DNA from: the human T2T-CHM13v2.0 reference genome, Homo sapiens
Direction: 5' to 3' (one strand)
Assembly: GCF_009914755.1 (NCBI RefSeq)
Contig: NC_060931.1
Length of the DNA: 64,000 nt
Numbering within the stretch: position 1 is the first letter of the stretch; every line of letters begins with the position of its first letter. Under the pieces are notes generated by a model. The model was not told where the DNA came from. It did not search any database and saw only the letters and a list, made by a program, of their open reading frames with translations. A program made the position numbers and the translations under genes. Below, piece by piece: positions 1 to 62,400 of this stretch.

Positions 1-211
1 CTGACCAATATGGCGAAACCCCATCTCTATTAAAGGCACAAAAATGAGCTCAGCATGGTGACCTTCACCTGTAATCCCAGCTACTCAGGAGACTGAGACA
101 GGAGAATCGCTTGAACCCAGGAAGTGGAGGTTGCCGTGAGCCGAGATCACACCACTATACTCCAGCCTGGGCTACAGAGCCAGACTCCGTCTCAAAAAAA
201 AAGAAAAGAAA
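1..211 (+). mobile_element. Alu (partial, runs off window start)
   Basis: Alu linker, right arm and A tail. Confidence 0.9.
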
Positions 212-970
212 ATGCAGCTTTTATGTGGGGTGCAGGATTACTGTTAGGCATACCTATAGACTCTCATAAGATTTTAGAAAAAGCAAAGTCATTATATGAC
301 AACTTGAAGCCAAAGGATGGTGAAAGATCTAAAGCTGGAGAGTTTAATGCCAGCAAATGATGGTTTGATAATTTTAGGAAGAGGTTTGGCTTTTAAAAAT
401 GTCAAGATAACAGGAGAAGCAGCTTCCGCCAACCAAGAGGCAGCAGACAAGTTCCCAGATGCCATAAAGAAAATCATGGAGGAGATGGGATACCTGTGTC
501 AACAGGTTTTTAATGCAGACAAAACTGCCCTAATCTGGGGGCATGGGAGGGAACCACAAAGGACATCTATTAAGTAAAGAAGGGAAGTGAGCCCCAGGAT
601 TGAAGGCACGCAGGGCTAAGCTAACTGTCCTGTTTTGTGCAGGTGCAGCTGTGTTTATGATCAGGCGAGCTCTTACCTATAAAACTGCTAACACCTGAGA
701 CTTAACGGGAAAAGATAAACACAGCTGCTGATCTTTTGGTTGTACAACGTCTGGACAAGCACGCTTTTTCTGGATTAATTCCATTGATGCCTTGTCCTTG
801 AAGTCAGGATGTACCTTGCCAGTAAGGTACACCTTTTTAAAGTTCTTCAATGCTGCAGGCACTCAGAGCCCCACGAGTTAACACCAAGGGCGTCAAAGTC
901 GTCTACTTGCCCCCAGGCTCATTACACACAGTACTCTATGAAATTGTCAGTGCTATGAAAGAGAACCCTG

Positions 971-1131
971 GCTGGGCATGGTGGCGCATGCCTGTAATTC
1001 CAGCTACTTTGGAGGCTGAGGCAGGAGAATTGCTTGAACCCAGGAGGTGGAGGTTGTAGTGAGATCGCGCCACTGCACTCCAGCCTGGGTGACAGAGCAA
1101 GACTCCATCTCAAAAAAAAAAAAAAAAAAAA
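971..1131 (+). mobile_element. Alu right monomer inserted in Tigger2
   Basis: TSD AAAGAGAACCCTG on both sides, poly(A) tail. Confidence 0.85.
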
Positions 1132-1843
1132 AGAGAACCCTGATTAGAACATCTTGAAGAGTCTGGAAGGATTACATCATTGAAGAGGCCATCATCGTAT
1201 AAAAAGCTGTGAAAGCCATCATGGTGAAACAGTACATTCCTCCTGGAGAAACCTGTGTCCAGATGTGCGTGACTTCATAGGATTTACGACAATCAAGGAA
1301 ACCATGAAATAGATCATAGATGGGGCAAAAGTGGGTGGTGAAGAGTTTCAGGGTATAGATCTTGGAGAAATTCAAGGGCTGACAGACACTGCACAGAAGA
1401 ATTAACATAAGACAGCTTAATGGAGAGAAGTGCTTCCAAACCAGTGCCAGACGTTGAGGAAGAAGACCTAGGAGAAGCCGGGCTGGAAAACAGATTTCCA
1501 TTAGACAGTCTGGGAGAAGGCTTCTGATTATTCAAGGCTGCTTTTGACTTCTTTTACGACCTGGAGTCTTCTATGATATAAGCACTGAAACTAAAGCAAG
1601 CAGTGGAAGGGTTGATGCTGCACACAACTATTTTTAGAGAAATCAAAAGGCAAAAAGTCAGACAAATTATGATGTATTTCCCTAAAGTTACACCGTGCTT
1701 GCCTCTCGTCCTTTCCTGCCTCCCTTTCTACCTCCTCCACCTCTTCCACCCAAGACAGCAAGACCAACCCCTCTTCCTCAGCGACATGAGGACAGTGGGA
1801 TGAAGACCTTCATGATGATCCACTTCAACTTAATGAATAGTAA

Positions 1844-2050
<207 letters not shown>

Positions 2051-3047
2051 TAAGAATATAGCATATAATATACAGACCATACAAAACGTGTTAATCAACT
2101 GTGATGGGTAAGGCTTCCCATGAATAGTAGGCTATTAGTGCTTAAGTTTTGAAGGAGTCAGAAGTTTTATGTGGATTTTCGACTGCACAGCAGTCGGGGG
2201 TCAGTGTCCCTAACCCCCCCACTGTTCAAGGGTTAGCTGTACTATATGATGAGATGTGCAACATGGTTTTGATAAGAGGCAGCAAGGGTTTAGGACATTC
2301 TGTGGCATACTGGCCACATAGCGATTTGCATCAGGTCAGATATTCTAAGTCTAGAAAGCCTGTGGGATAGTTCTAGAGGAGGAGCAGAGATGAAGCAACG
2401 CAAAGATGCCCTTGTTCGTCTGCAAAATTTAGGGTCTCTGAGTGAGACACAGCTCAAGGGGGGGACTGTGAGCATTTGGGGAAGGGGGTTCTGTCCAACC
2501 AGGCAAAGCGGGGAGTCATGGCTATCACAGCCATCTTGCCCTCACATTCAAGAACTTACCATCATAGGGACACTGAAGTTATCTTCTCATATGGCCATAT
2601 AAAGATAGGATGTTATGTATTGACTATCCCACAGATGTATGCCTCTTCTGGTTTATGTTGATATGGAGAGAAGCGAGTTCATGTCATTCATATCTTAATT
2701 GCCCTCAGTCTCACAGAAGGCGATTATGAGGCCAAGAGCCTGGGAGATGCAGCTCCTGGGTTTCCAGCCCTCAGCCCCCAAAACCTTAGGCAGCAGGGAT
2801 TGGAGCAGGTGGTCTGAGGTCCCTTCTAGCTTCAGAAGTGTCATAATCAAATACCAGGAATGACTCTTTGGTTACTTTTTTAACATAGTTTGCACTTAAA
2901 CCCTTTTCAGTAGTAAGCATCTTAGAGACAGACTGAAAATGTGATGTTCTTCTTGAAAACACCCTTTCCCATGTCATCAGTCTGTGGTGTTTGGTGACTG
3001 TCCCCTTCCCCACTGTGCGAGTACTTCCCTCAGGGCTGCTCTGGTGA

Positions 3048-3464
<417 letters not shown>

Positions 3465-3559
3465 ATTGCCGTAACTGATTTTAAAGGGTTTAGATTTTAA
3501 GAATGGTGCTCTTTCATGCCTATTATCAGTAAGGGGACTTGTATTAGAGTCAGAGTCTT

Positions 3560-3623
3560 TTTATTTAGGCCAGTTGTCAAGTGTCAATAAAAGCATCATG
3601 TAATTTATGGTTTTCATTTTATT
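3560..3623 (-). terminator. EIF2AK1: EIF2AK1 polyadenylation signals (two minus-strand AATAAA)
   Basis: TTTATT at 3560-3565 and 3618-3623, bracketing the AIMP2 AATAAA. Confidence 0.7.
3586..3591 (+). terminator. AIMP2: AIMP2 polyadenylation signal AATAAA
   Basis: AATAAA about 120 nt after the stop, followed by T-rich downstream sequence. Confidence 0.85.
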
Positions 3624-4448
3624 TAAAATTCAGCAAAATCATACGCCATCTACCGTGATGACTGCCAACTCCATGGCAGACCCTTTCTGGGATTCAAAAA
3701 CCAATTCATCAGATCGCTGCCTCTGAGGGATGTACAGATTGGCTGGGGAGCTGAGTGCTACAATAAAGGAGGAAGTACCGGGGAACAGTGCAGGGCAAAG
3801 GCAGGAAAGAGATCTGAGCTGCCTGGAGATCATCTGGGGTGCGGAGTACAAAGCTTTGCAAGGGTGTGGTTTTGGAATGACGCTAAACTGAAGGTGGAGA
3901 GAACAGATAAAAAGGTTGGAAGTTGCACACTGTACACTGTTAAGAAGTTGAGCTTTTATCTTAGAGGCAGCAGAAGGTTTGGAGCCAAGGAATGAAATGA
4001 TGAGGCGTCCTTCAGGTAATGAACTTCAGCTGCAGTGTGAAAGGGGCAGGAAGACTGGCAGCTGTCAAAACTGGAACAGTCCAGTGAGTATGTGCAGGCC
4101 CGGGCTTGGGCAGTGACGAGGGCAGGGAGCACACATCAATTTCTGCGGTAGAACCTTCTAGAGGAAGACCAGACAGAGGGTCAACAGAGTTGAAAGGAGA
4201 AAATAATTGAGGATGAGGTCCAAGTTTTTAGTTTCAGAGACTAGGCATATGGTTAATATTTAGGTAGGAAATTCAGGAAAAGGAGCTTGTGGGGCAGGAA
4301 GGGAAGGAACGGCAGCTTGGGGCACTCTGACATCTTTAACAAGTCTTGTAAAGGCTTACTAAATACAACGAAGCATTGTACCAACTATACCCTAATAAAG
4401 ATTAAAAATTTACATTCCAGTTAACTACCTTAAAAGTTAAGTCCACTT

Positions 4449-38884
<34,436 letters not shown>

Positions 38885-39532
38885 CGCCGGCCGCGCGCGG
38901 GCCGCAGCCCAGCCCGCCGGCCAGCCCAGCACTGCCACACTCCGATGCTGCAGCTAGCGCCGTCCGACCCGGAAGTAACCCCTCACCAGACGGAAAACCA
39001 GCCTCCGCCACGCGCGCACCTTCACTGGGGGGCGGGGCTGTAGCAGACTCCGCCCTTTATCAGACAAGAAGAGTTGGGCGTGTCCGGCCCCGGCGTACCC
39101 CCGGCGCATGCGCTCTGGTGGGCTCGTCTACCGGCGGCTGGGTTTCAGGGGCGCCCAGGTGAACCCTGGCCTAGTTCCCAGCTACCCCAGAAGGGTCTTA
39201 GCGCTCACGTCTCACGCCCAGACTCGAATGTCAGTGTAAGAATCAGGTGTCTGCAAAGACTAATCGAAACATATTTACCTTTTGTGGGTACAGCAATGAC
39301 TTTGGTCATTTGTTTTCCAGGAAAAAAATTTTAAAAAGCATTTTCAAAACCTGTCTCAAGGAGACCTGAACCTATTTTGGTCAACTGTTATGCCACAAAA
39401 AAACGGGAGATGCCGCCGGGCGCGGTGGCTCACGCCTGTAATCCCAGCACCTTTGGGAGGCTGAGGCGGTGGATCATGAGGTCAGGAGATCGAGACCATC
39501 CTGGCTAACACGGTGAAACCCCGTCTCTACTA

Positions 39533-39769
<237 letters not shown>

Positions 39770-40019
39770 TTAGAATTTACAACTGAAATGTTTTCCTTAA
39801 AAAAAAAAAAAAAAAAAAAAAATTTAGGTTGAGGGATACAGGTGCAGGTTCGTTTTCCAAACTAAAACCCCCCGCCCTGGCCACACTCCATCTACTATGG
39901 GTTGAAACCCTCAGATTCAAAAATCCACCCTAAGCCGGGCGCTGTGGCTCACACCTATAATCCCAGCACTTCCGGAGACCAAGGTTGGGGGATCACCTGA
40001 GGTCAGGAGTTTGAGATCA

Positions 40020-40220
<201 letters not shown>

Positions 40221-40987
40221 TCAAAAAAAAAAGAAAAAATTATCCTTAATTTTCATGGATCAGCTACAGCTGGAATAAAAATCTTTCAGCTTTTGGACCT
40301 CACCCACAGCACGATGTGTAAAAGTGGTATTGTTTAAGAATTCTATTTGAACTTGTTTTCCATAGACAGTCATACTTGGATGCATTCAGCTTGGTAGAGG
40401 CAATTAAAGGTGTAGTTCTCTTAAACAGCAACTCAAAGTACTGTAAAGATAGATAAAGAAAATAAAGAAAAATAAAAAATAAAGGTATAGTTCTCCAGAT
40501 AGATTAGATTCCAAACATTAGAGATGGGCCAGGCGCGATGGCTCACCTCTGTAATACTAGCACCTTGGGAGGCCGCGGCAGGTGGATCATCTGAGGTCAG
40601 GAATTCAAAACCAGCCTGGCCAACATGGTGAAACCCCCGTCTCTACTAAAAACACAAAAAATTAGCAGGAGAATCGCTTAAACCCAGGAGGCGGAGCTTA
40701 CGGTGAGCTGAGATTGAGCGACTGCACTCCAGCCTGGGCAACAAAGCAAGACTCCGTCTCAAAAAAAAAAAAAAAGAGATTAGAGATGTTCCTTCCTGTG
40801 CCTTGCTGATGTTCTAGAAGAGCACGCCCCTTCTGAGGAGTGTTTTGTCTGTATGTATTCGCAGCTTTAAAAATACAAATACTGTAAAAATATATATATA
40901 TACAAATACAAATACTGGCCGGGCGCGGTGGCTCACGCCTGTAATCCCAGCACTTTGGGAGGCCGAGGCAGGCGGATCACGAGGTCA

Positions 40988-41275
<288 letters not shown>

Positions 41276-42034
41276 TTATCCTAAGAAAAAGGTTAAAAAC
41301 AAGCAAAAATACTTAGTTTAAAAGCTAATGATTGAAACAATGCTTATAATGCCAAAACTGTAAGACAAGATAATCGGCTAAATTAACGACGAACATTCAT
41401 ACAATGGCGCACTTTACTTGCATTAAAAATATTAGCATGGGCCAGGCACAGTGGCTCACACCTATAATTCCAGCACTTTGAGAGGCTGATGCAGGAGGAT
41501 TGCTTGAGGCCAGGAGTTTGAGACCAGCATGGGCAATTTAGTGAGCCCTCCTCTCTATAATTTAAAACAAATAATAATAACGTTGATATGCTAATCTGGT
41601 TCTCACCATGTTCGACCATCACTGGAAATGCCCATTGTTACTGAAGGCATAGAGAAAAAAAGCAACACACTCTATACAGCTGCTCTCGAACCCCTGACCT
41701 CGTGATCCACCCACCTCAGTGTCCCAGAGTGCTGGGATTACAGGCATGAGCCACTGCACCTGGCCGAAATTAATTTTTTTAAGAAATACAATATCGCACA
41801 TCAGCTTGCAATATTAAACATAGTTAACCAAAGAGGAACCCCAAATAACCAATAAGATAGAAAAGCTGCACAAGTTTCATTAGCTACAAGTAAATGCAAG
41901 TTAAATGATGAAATATCGTTTCAAAATATATTTGCAAATTTAAACTTTCTCATACCAAGTGTTGGTGAGGATACGAAAAAAGAGAAACAATCGTACGTTG
42001 CTAACGAGCAATTTAGCAATGTTCAATAAAGTCA

Positions 42035-42473
42035 GATGGTCAATTAAGATTCTCTCCTTGACTTATCTCTAGTCAGGCCCCTCTGATTTCTCAACTAGGC
42101 CCTGATTTTAGAGCTCACATATTCATCTCTATATTGTCCAATTCTCGCAAGAATCCTAGTAAGTCGCTTTAGCCTGAATCCCTCATTCTCAATATCTGAT
42201 CATCCTCTATAACTGGTTGGGTTCCTCCTCGCCTAACATCCCCCAGGTGATGTCTTGTCACCCTGGCCTGCTTTCAGCAAGAATCCTATTAGGTGGATTT
42301 AGCCAGAAATCCCCCCTTAACCGCTGATATTTCCTCGTGGTAATTTTCCATGCACTGACCACCCCCGACAACACACACCCTCATCTTTGGCTATAGATTC
42401 TCACATTTCCTTGTTGTATTTGGAGTTGAATCCGACATCTCCCCAACTACAAAATGCCATTGTAGTACCCCTC
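42035..42473 (+). mobile_element. ERV1-type LTR (MER31-like, tentative); 3' part resumes after 44240
   Basis: gaatcct..aagtc..tttagcc.gaatcc and ttggctatagattctcac...gtatttggagttga motifs. Confidence 0.6.
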
Positions 42474-44235
<1,762 letters not shown>

Positions 44236-45844
44236 CCCTGCCTTAAATAAGTTCAGTCCTACCATGTTTAACAAGTGTTACAAGTGTTATGAATAATTTT
44301 TTTTTTTAAAGAGAGTCTCACTGTTGTCGCCCAGGCTGGAGTGCAATGACACGATCTCAGCTCACTGAAAACTCCACCTCCCGGGTTCAAGCAATTCTCC
44401 TGCCTCTGCCTCCCCAGTAGCTGAGATCACAGGCGCCCGCCACCACGCCCAGCTAATTTCTGTAATTTTAGTAGAGATGGGGTTTCACCATGTTGGCCAA
44501 GCCAGTCTCAAACTCCTGACCTCAGGTGATCCACCCACCTCGGCCTCCCAAACTGCTGAGGTTACAGGTGTGAGCCACCACACCTGGAGGAATTTTTTTT
44601 TTTTTTTTTGAGATGGGGGTCTCATTTTGTCACCCAGGTGGAGTGCAGTAGCGACATCTTGGCTCACTGCAGCGTCAACTTCCCAAGCTCAGGTGATCCT
44701 CCCAGTTTGGCTTCCCAGGTAGCTGGGACCACTAGCATGTGCCACTATGCCCAGCCAGTTTTTTGTATTTTTGGTAGAGACAGGTTTTGCCATCTTGCCC
44801 AGGCTGGTCTCAAACTCCAGAACTCAAGGGATCTGCCCTCCTTGGCCTCCCAAAGTTCTTGGATTAAGGCATGAGCCACTGCACCTGCCCAATTCATAAT
44901 TTTTTATGTTAACATGTTGCATACCCATGATCCAGTAAGTCCCCTCTAGGTTCCCTTTGGACACTCTTATGTATGTCCATGGATATTATATAAGCCTGTT
45001 TATTGCAACATTGTTTTTAACAGCAAATTGGTAAAAAACCTGCCAGGCGCGGTGACTCACGCTTATAATCCCAGCACTTTGGGAGGCCGAGGCGGGTGGA
45101 TCACAAGGTCAGGAGATCGAGACCATCCTGGCTAACACAGTGAAACCCCGTCTCTACTAAAAATACAAAAAATTAGCTGGGCGTGGTGGCGGGCGCCTGT
45201 AGTCCCAGCTACTCGGGAGGCTGAGGCAGGAGAATGCCATGAACCTGGGAGGCGGAGGTTGCAGGGAGGCGGAGGTTGCAGTGAGCCAAGATCACGCCAC
45301 TGCACTCCAGCCTGGGCAACAGAGTGAGACTCTGACTCAAAAAAATAAAAAAATAATAAAAAATAAAAAAACCTAATACCCATTAATAGAGAAATAGAGA
45401 TATGTATTATATATAAAAACAAATATTAAGTCAGCAAGGTGGCTCACACCTGTAATCCCAGCACTTTAGAAGACTGAGGTTGGGAAGATTGCTTGAGGCC
45501 AAGATTTCAAGACCAGCCTGGGCAACACAGTGAGACACAATCTCTACAAATAAAAATACAAAAATTAGCTTGCCATGGTGGCAGGAGCCTATAATCCCAG
45601 GTACTCGAGCTACTCGGGAGGCTGAGGCACAAGAATCGCGTGAACCTGAAAAGAAGAGGTTGCAGTGAGCAGAGATCGTGCCACTGCACTCCGGCCTCCT
45701 TGAGCGAGCAAGACCCTGTCTCAAGAAAAAAAAAAAAGTATAAAAATTATGGACAGAATCAACTAGCTCACATATATAATCGAGAACATTGAAATCAACA
45801 CAACAAAACCCCCAAATAACACAAGGCAATAATAATAGTCATAA

Positions 45845-46096
<252 letters not shown>

Positions 46097-46547
46097 TGAT
46101 CCACCCACCTTGGCCTCCCAAAGTACTGGGATTACAGGCGTGAGCCACTGCACCTGGCCCGGCCCATAATTGCTAATGTTTACTGAGCACTGTGTCACCC
46201 TCATTCCCCCACCCTGTTCTAAGTGTTTCTTTTTTTTTTTTTTTTTTTAGACAGAATCTCGCTGTGTCGCCAGCATGGAGTGCAATGACACAATCTCAGC
46301 TCACTGCAACCTTCGACTCTTGGATTCAAGCCTCAGCTTCTCGAGTAGCTGGGACTACAGGCGCGCAGCACCATGCTCTGCTAATTTTTGTATTTTTAGT
46401 AGCGACGGGGTTTTACTGTGTTAGCCAGGATGGTCTCGATCTCTTGACCTCGTGATCCACCCACCTCGGCCTCCCAAAGTGCTGGGATTACAGACAGGAG
46501 CCACCACGCCCAGCCTCTAAGTATTTCTAAAAGTGTTAACTCGGTCA

Positions 46548-46847
<300 letters not shown>

Positions 46848-46894
46848 TTAACTCACTCAATTCTCATAACAAACTTACTAGCTAGATGCTATAA

Positions 46895-47176
<282 letters not shown>

Positions 47177-47198
47177 TAAGCCACTGTGCCCAGCCTAA

Positions 47199-47456
<258 letters not shown>

Positions 47457-47681
47457 TGATCTGCCTGCCTCGGCCTCCCAAAGTGCTAGGATTACGGGCA
47501 TGAGCCACCGTGCTGGGCCCAAGAAAGTTTTTTAAATAACTTGTCCAAGGCCAGGCCACTCATAGTGCATCCAGGATTTTTTTTCACATCTCAGCTTTCA
47601 TTGTTATCTGTCTTTTTATAATAGCTTTATTCAGATATAATTTACATACCATAGAAGTCACTCTGTTAAAGTGACTTTTAG

Positions 47682-47927
<246 letters not shown>

Positions 47928-48252
47928 TGATCCACCCTCCTCGGCCTCCCAAAGTGCTGGGATGACAGGGGTGAGCCACCCCGCCTGGCCATACTCAGAG
48001 AATTGCACAACCATCACCACTATCTAATTTTAGCCATTCTCATTGCCCCAAAAAGAGATCTCTGGCAGGCAGAATTTAAACCCATGTACTTTGGCTCTAA
48101 ATTCAGCCTCAAAAAGTGCAGAATGATATCATGTATGTAAAAAATTTTGTATATACAAAAAAATATATGTTGGCCGGGCATGGTGGCTCGTGCTTGTAAT
48201 TCTAGCACCTTGGGAGACCAAGGTGGGCAGATTGCCTGAGCTCAGGAGTTCA

Positions 48253-48615
<363 letters not shown>

Positions 48616-49375
48616 TTATTTATTTTTGAGATGGAGTTTCAATCTTGTTGTGGCTGGAGTGCAATGGTGTGATCTCGGCTCACTGCAACCTCTGCCTCCC
48701 GGTTCAAGTGATTCTCCTGCCTCAGCCACTCGAGTAGCTGGAATTACAGGCACCTGTCATTGTGCCCTGCTAATTTTTGTATTTTTAGTAGAGACAGAGT
48801 TTCACCATTTTGGCTAGGTTGGTCTCGAACTCCTGATGTCAGGTGATCCACCTGCCTTGGCCTCTCAAAGTGCTGGGATTACAGGCATTCACTGCACCTG
48901 GCCCATTATTTCTTTAAGAAAAGCAATTTTCTTCCAGGTAAATTGCCTGTAAATTCTCCTTGACTCATGCCTGTAATGCCAGCAGTTTGAGAGGCTTAAA
49001 GGGGAGGATTGCTTGAGCCAAGGAGTTCAAGACCAGCCTGGGCAACATAGTAACACCCCCATCTCTACAAAACAAAATTAAAAAAAAATTTTTTTTTTAA
49101 TTAGCTGGTTGTTGTGGCATGTACCTGTACTCCTAGCTACTCAGGAGGCTGAGGTGAGAGGATCAGGTGAGTGTGGGAGATGCAGGCTGAAGTGAGGTAT
49201 GATTAGAGCCACTGCACTGCAGCCTGGGTGACAGAGAGAGCAATTCTCAAACAAATATAGCTTAACATCAGTGGTTGTTAAATTTGATTGTGGAAACATT
49301 GGTGTTTATTCACATTATTCTTGGTAACTTTTTATATGTTTGAAATGTTTCAATTTTTTTTTCAAGACAGCAAAT

Positions 49376-54485
<5,110 letters not shown>

Positions 54486-55110
54486 AGAAAGAAAGTGCAA
54501 GGGCCCTGGGGTAGAAATGAGCTTAGTGTGTTTCAAAGAAAGAGGACAAGAGTGAACAAAGAAGGCAGGAGTAGGCCAGCCACGGTGGCTCACACCTGTA
54601 ATCCCAGCACTTTGGGAGGCCGAGGCAGGCGGATCACCAGGTCAGGAGATCAAGACCATCCTGGCTAACACAGTGAAACCCCGTCTCTACTAAAAAAAAA
54701 AATACAAAAAATTAGCCTGGTGTGGTGGTGGACGCCTGTAGTCCCTGCTATTCAGGAGGATGAGGCAGGAGAATGGCAGGAACGCAGGAGGCAGAGCTTG
54801 CAGTGAGCTGAGATCGTGCCACTGCACTCCAGCCTGAGAAATAGGGCAAGACTCCATCTCAAAAAAAAAAAAAGAAGGCACGAGTAGAAGCAGGAGATCA
54901 GCCTTGCAGTGAGTCAGTCTTTCAAACGCACTAACAGCAAAGTACAGACTCCTTCCCTATGGCCTATAATTTCCATAAATACCTGTTTGTGGCTGGGCGC
55001 GGTGGCTCATGCCTGTAATTCCACCACTTTGGGAGGCCGAGGCAGGCGTATCACCTGAGGTCGGGAGTTCCAGATCAGCTGACCAACGTGGAGAAACCCC
55101 TTCTCTACTA

Positions 55111-55332
<222 letters not shown>

Positions 55333-55387
55333 TCATCCAATTAAAATAGTATCTTTTAACTCCCTGTTACATAGATAAGAAATGTTA

Positions 55388-55716
<329 letters not shown>

Positions 55717-56004
55717 TCACAGTGGTCTATGGGATCACACTGATGAATGGACAGAAAAGTAAGATGTAAGATTCATTACTTAAGCATTCATGACGGAGTG
55801 CTAGGGAGGGGGGCTTGTTCTTGAGGTCACAGCCTCTGCAGCAGGGACAGAGAGTCACCCAGAAGGACAGAAATCTAAGTGACTGATTGAATCATTGTTG
55901 GCCTGGCTGCATGGATGGCCCTTACCCATCTTCTTCACCTATGTCATATCTACCATGTATCTTTTCCCTCATGATGAAGCAAAGACAAACTCTCTAAAGC
56001 AGTG

Positions 56005-56120
56005 TAGGTGTGTGTCTGTGTATATCTACGTCTATATATGTATCTTACCTGTGTGTATATCTACTTTTATATATGTATCTTGCCTGTGTGTATGTCTGTG
56101 TGTGTCTGTGTCTGTGTGTT
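56005..56120. repeat. degenerate TG/TA low-complexity repeat
   Basis: gtgtgtctgtgtatatct... repeats. Confidence 0.7.
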
Positions 56121-56395
56121 TATGCACAAATTGCTTGCCCATTCTGTTCCCTACCACCCTCATCACCAAACCCCCTAATTCGAGATCTTCCCCACAATAT
56201 CCACATGGACTTGCAAGTCAGTTCTGTCAATTAGGAGGGAGGTCACTAATGTCAAAGGAAACCCCCAATTAGCTACCTTTCTTAATCATCAGGATTTCAA
56301 GAATACTTAATTATGGTTACTCAATAGAAGGTAAGTGCTGTAAACCATAATAGTATAAAATTAATGGTCTATCTATTCATGTTTGGAAGTAATAA

Positions 56396-56759
<364 letters not shown>

Positions 56760-56768
56760 TAGACATAG

Positions 56769-57070
<302 letters not shown>

Positions 57071-57300
57071 TAAAAGATACTGCTTCAGTTGGATGGATCA
57101 ATAAACAGATAGCTACAGAAATCATATAAGGTAACTAATAACGTGTTTGGATATAGCTGTAGTTGTATATATTTTATCATCTTCAACTGATGTTAAGGAA
57201 ATTGTAGGCCGGGCGCAGTGGCTCATGCCTGTAATCCCAGCACTTTGGGAGGCCGAGGTGGGCAGATCACGAGGTCAGGAGATTGAGACCCTCCTGGTTA

Positions 57301-58093
<793 letters not shown>

Positions 58094-58127
58094 TAGCCAG
58101 GATGGTCTCCATCTCCTGACCTCATGA

Positions 58128-58310
<183 letters not shown>

Positions 58311-58509
58311 TGAGTAGCTAAGATTACAGGCACATGCCACCACGCCCAGCTAATTTTTGTATTTTTAGTAGAGACGGAGTTTCACCATATTGGTCCGGCT
58401 GGTCTTGAACTCCTGATCTTGTGATCTGCCCACCTCAGCCTCCCAAAGTGCTGGGATTACAGGCGTGATGAGCCACCGTACCGGGCCACCAGGGCCTAAT
58501 CTTGTTTGT

Positions 58510-59581
<1,072 letters not shown>

Positions 59582-59726
59582 ATGTTAAACTCTATTTGAA
59601 GCATCTTATTGTGGTAAGAAATAGCCTAAGCCATCCGGGCACGATGGCTTACACCTGTAATCCCAGCACTTTGGGAGGCTGAGGCGGGCAGATCATTAGG
59701 TCAGGAGATCGAGACCATCCTGGCTA

Positions 59727-59972
<246 letters not shown>

Positions 59973-60581
59973 CTACCAAGCAACAGTTGTGATGTCATCA
60001 GGATTTGAACCCTCAATTAACAGGGTCTTGCCAACTGTCTGATGGTAAGTCCCAGATACGAAGGCACTTGTCAGGTGAGCACAACTACTTCTGCTTTCTT
60101 CTTTACTTCTCCAAATAGGGTGAATAACTAAGAGATTCCCAAGCCAAATTTGGCTCTTGGTATTCCTTAGGTCAACTAACATATTTTAAATGTCAGTTTC
60201 TAGTAGATCCTGTCAATTAAGAGCGAATTGCCCTCATTTCAATCCCTGGGCATATCCCTTTTGGTTTTAAAGCCTCCACCCCAGTGTAATGTACAAAATA
60301 GATGTTACTAAGGGTTTTTTGTTTGTAACAATTTTTATATAGGGTCACAAAATTGTCAGGTATAAGATGTAGGCATATCTTGAATTTTATTAAAGTGAAA
60401 CACTTTACAGTAATCAACATTGAATACATTTATAAAATATTTCAACTGAAAATATCAGGAGCCATATTTTAAAAAGTACTTAGTATTGGCCAAGCACGGG
60501 GGCTCATACCTGTAATCCCAGAACTTTGGGAGGCCAAGGCGGGCGGATCACAAGGTCAGGAGATCGAGACCACCCTGGCTA

Positions 60582-60803
<222 letters not shown>

Positions 60804-61272
60804 TTAGTATTATTGAGTGCCTCTAATTCTTCATTAAATATGAGCTATGTAACATAGATATAGAGCAGTTTTAGCTAACATTGTTTGTTATTAAGCTGCC
60901 TTGGACTAAATTATGAAATACTGCACTGTTTTAAAGTACTGTAAAAATTCTTTTGGAATTCCCTGAATGTGCTTTATGTTTATGCTCTTATTCTCATAAC
61001 CCTCAAATCCTCACCCCCTAATGGTAGATTTTATTTCTACAATTATTCAAAAGCCATTATACCAGAGTAGGTGCTCAAATTATACAAAACGTCATTCTTT
61101 TTTTTTTTTTTTGAGACACCATGCTTGGTGAAATTTGTCATTCTTACTCAAGTTTTAAAGATAATTTTTATTATGTAGAGAAGATACAGTATGTATATAT
61201 ACATTTTTCTGACCACATTTCACCCCCCTACCCCCCCAAAAAAAAACTTCATAGGCCAGGCGCGGTGGCTCA

Positions 61273-61674
<402 letters not shown>

Positions 61675-61737
61675 TTACATAAGCATATACCACAAAAAAA
61701 CAGTATTGTTTTAAGGGGTTTTTGTGTAAAAGAATTA

Positions 61738-62058
<321 letters not shown>

Positions 62059-62274
62059 TTAAAATCCACTCCCAAATACGTCTTGGGGGAACTTCCTATG
62101 TCAGTATAGCATGGTAGTCCATAACTGGATTCTTCAATAACAGTAAATCTAGCTATTTCCCCCAGCGGAATGGGAATTGTGTCCAACATTTCAAACATCT
62201 GGAAAAGTATCATCTATACGCAGTGTAATGTTTACAGCGAATTCTGCCACTGCTCGCTGATTTTAAACACATTA

Positions 62275-62400
62275 CCCTGTGTCTCAGTTTTTTATTTGTA
62301 AATGATATTTTACCACCTAATTTACAGGGCTGTAGTGAGGATTACATCGATTGACATATTTATGGCAAGCTCTCAGAGAGTGTTGTACCTAATACCATTA
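62275..62400 (+). mobile_element. MIR fragment
   Basis: ctgtgtctcagttttttatttgtaaatg...acagggctgtagtgaggatta core. Confidence 0.65.

Noticed and set aside
124-1803. Transposase-like ORFs as a functional or domesticated Tigger gene
   Set aside because: Broken by stops, frameshifts, internal deletion and Alu insertions.
55895-56272. 125-aa Cys/Val/Tyr-rich ORF
   Set aside because: Translation of a TG/TA low-complexity repeat.
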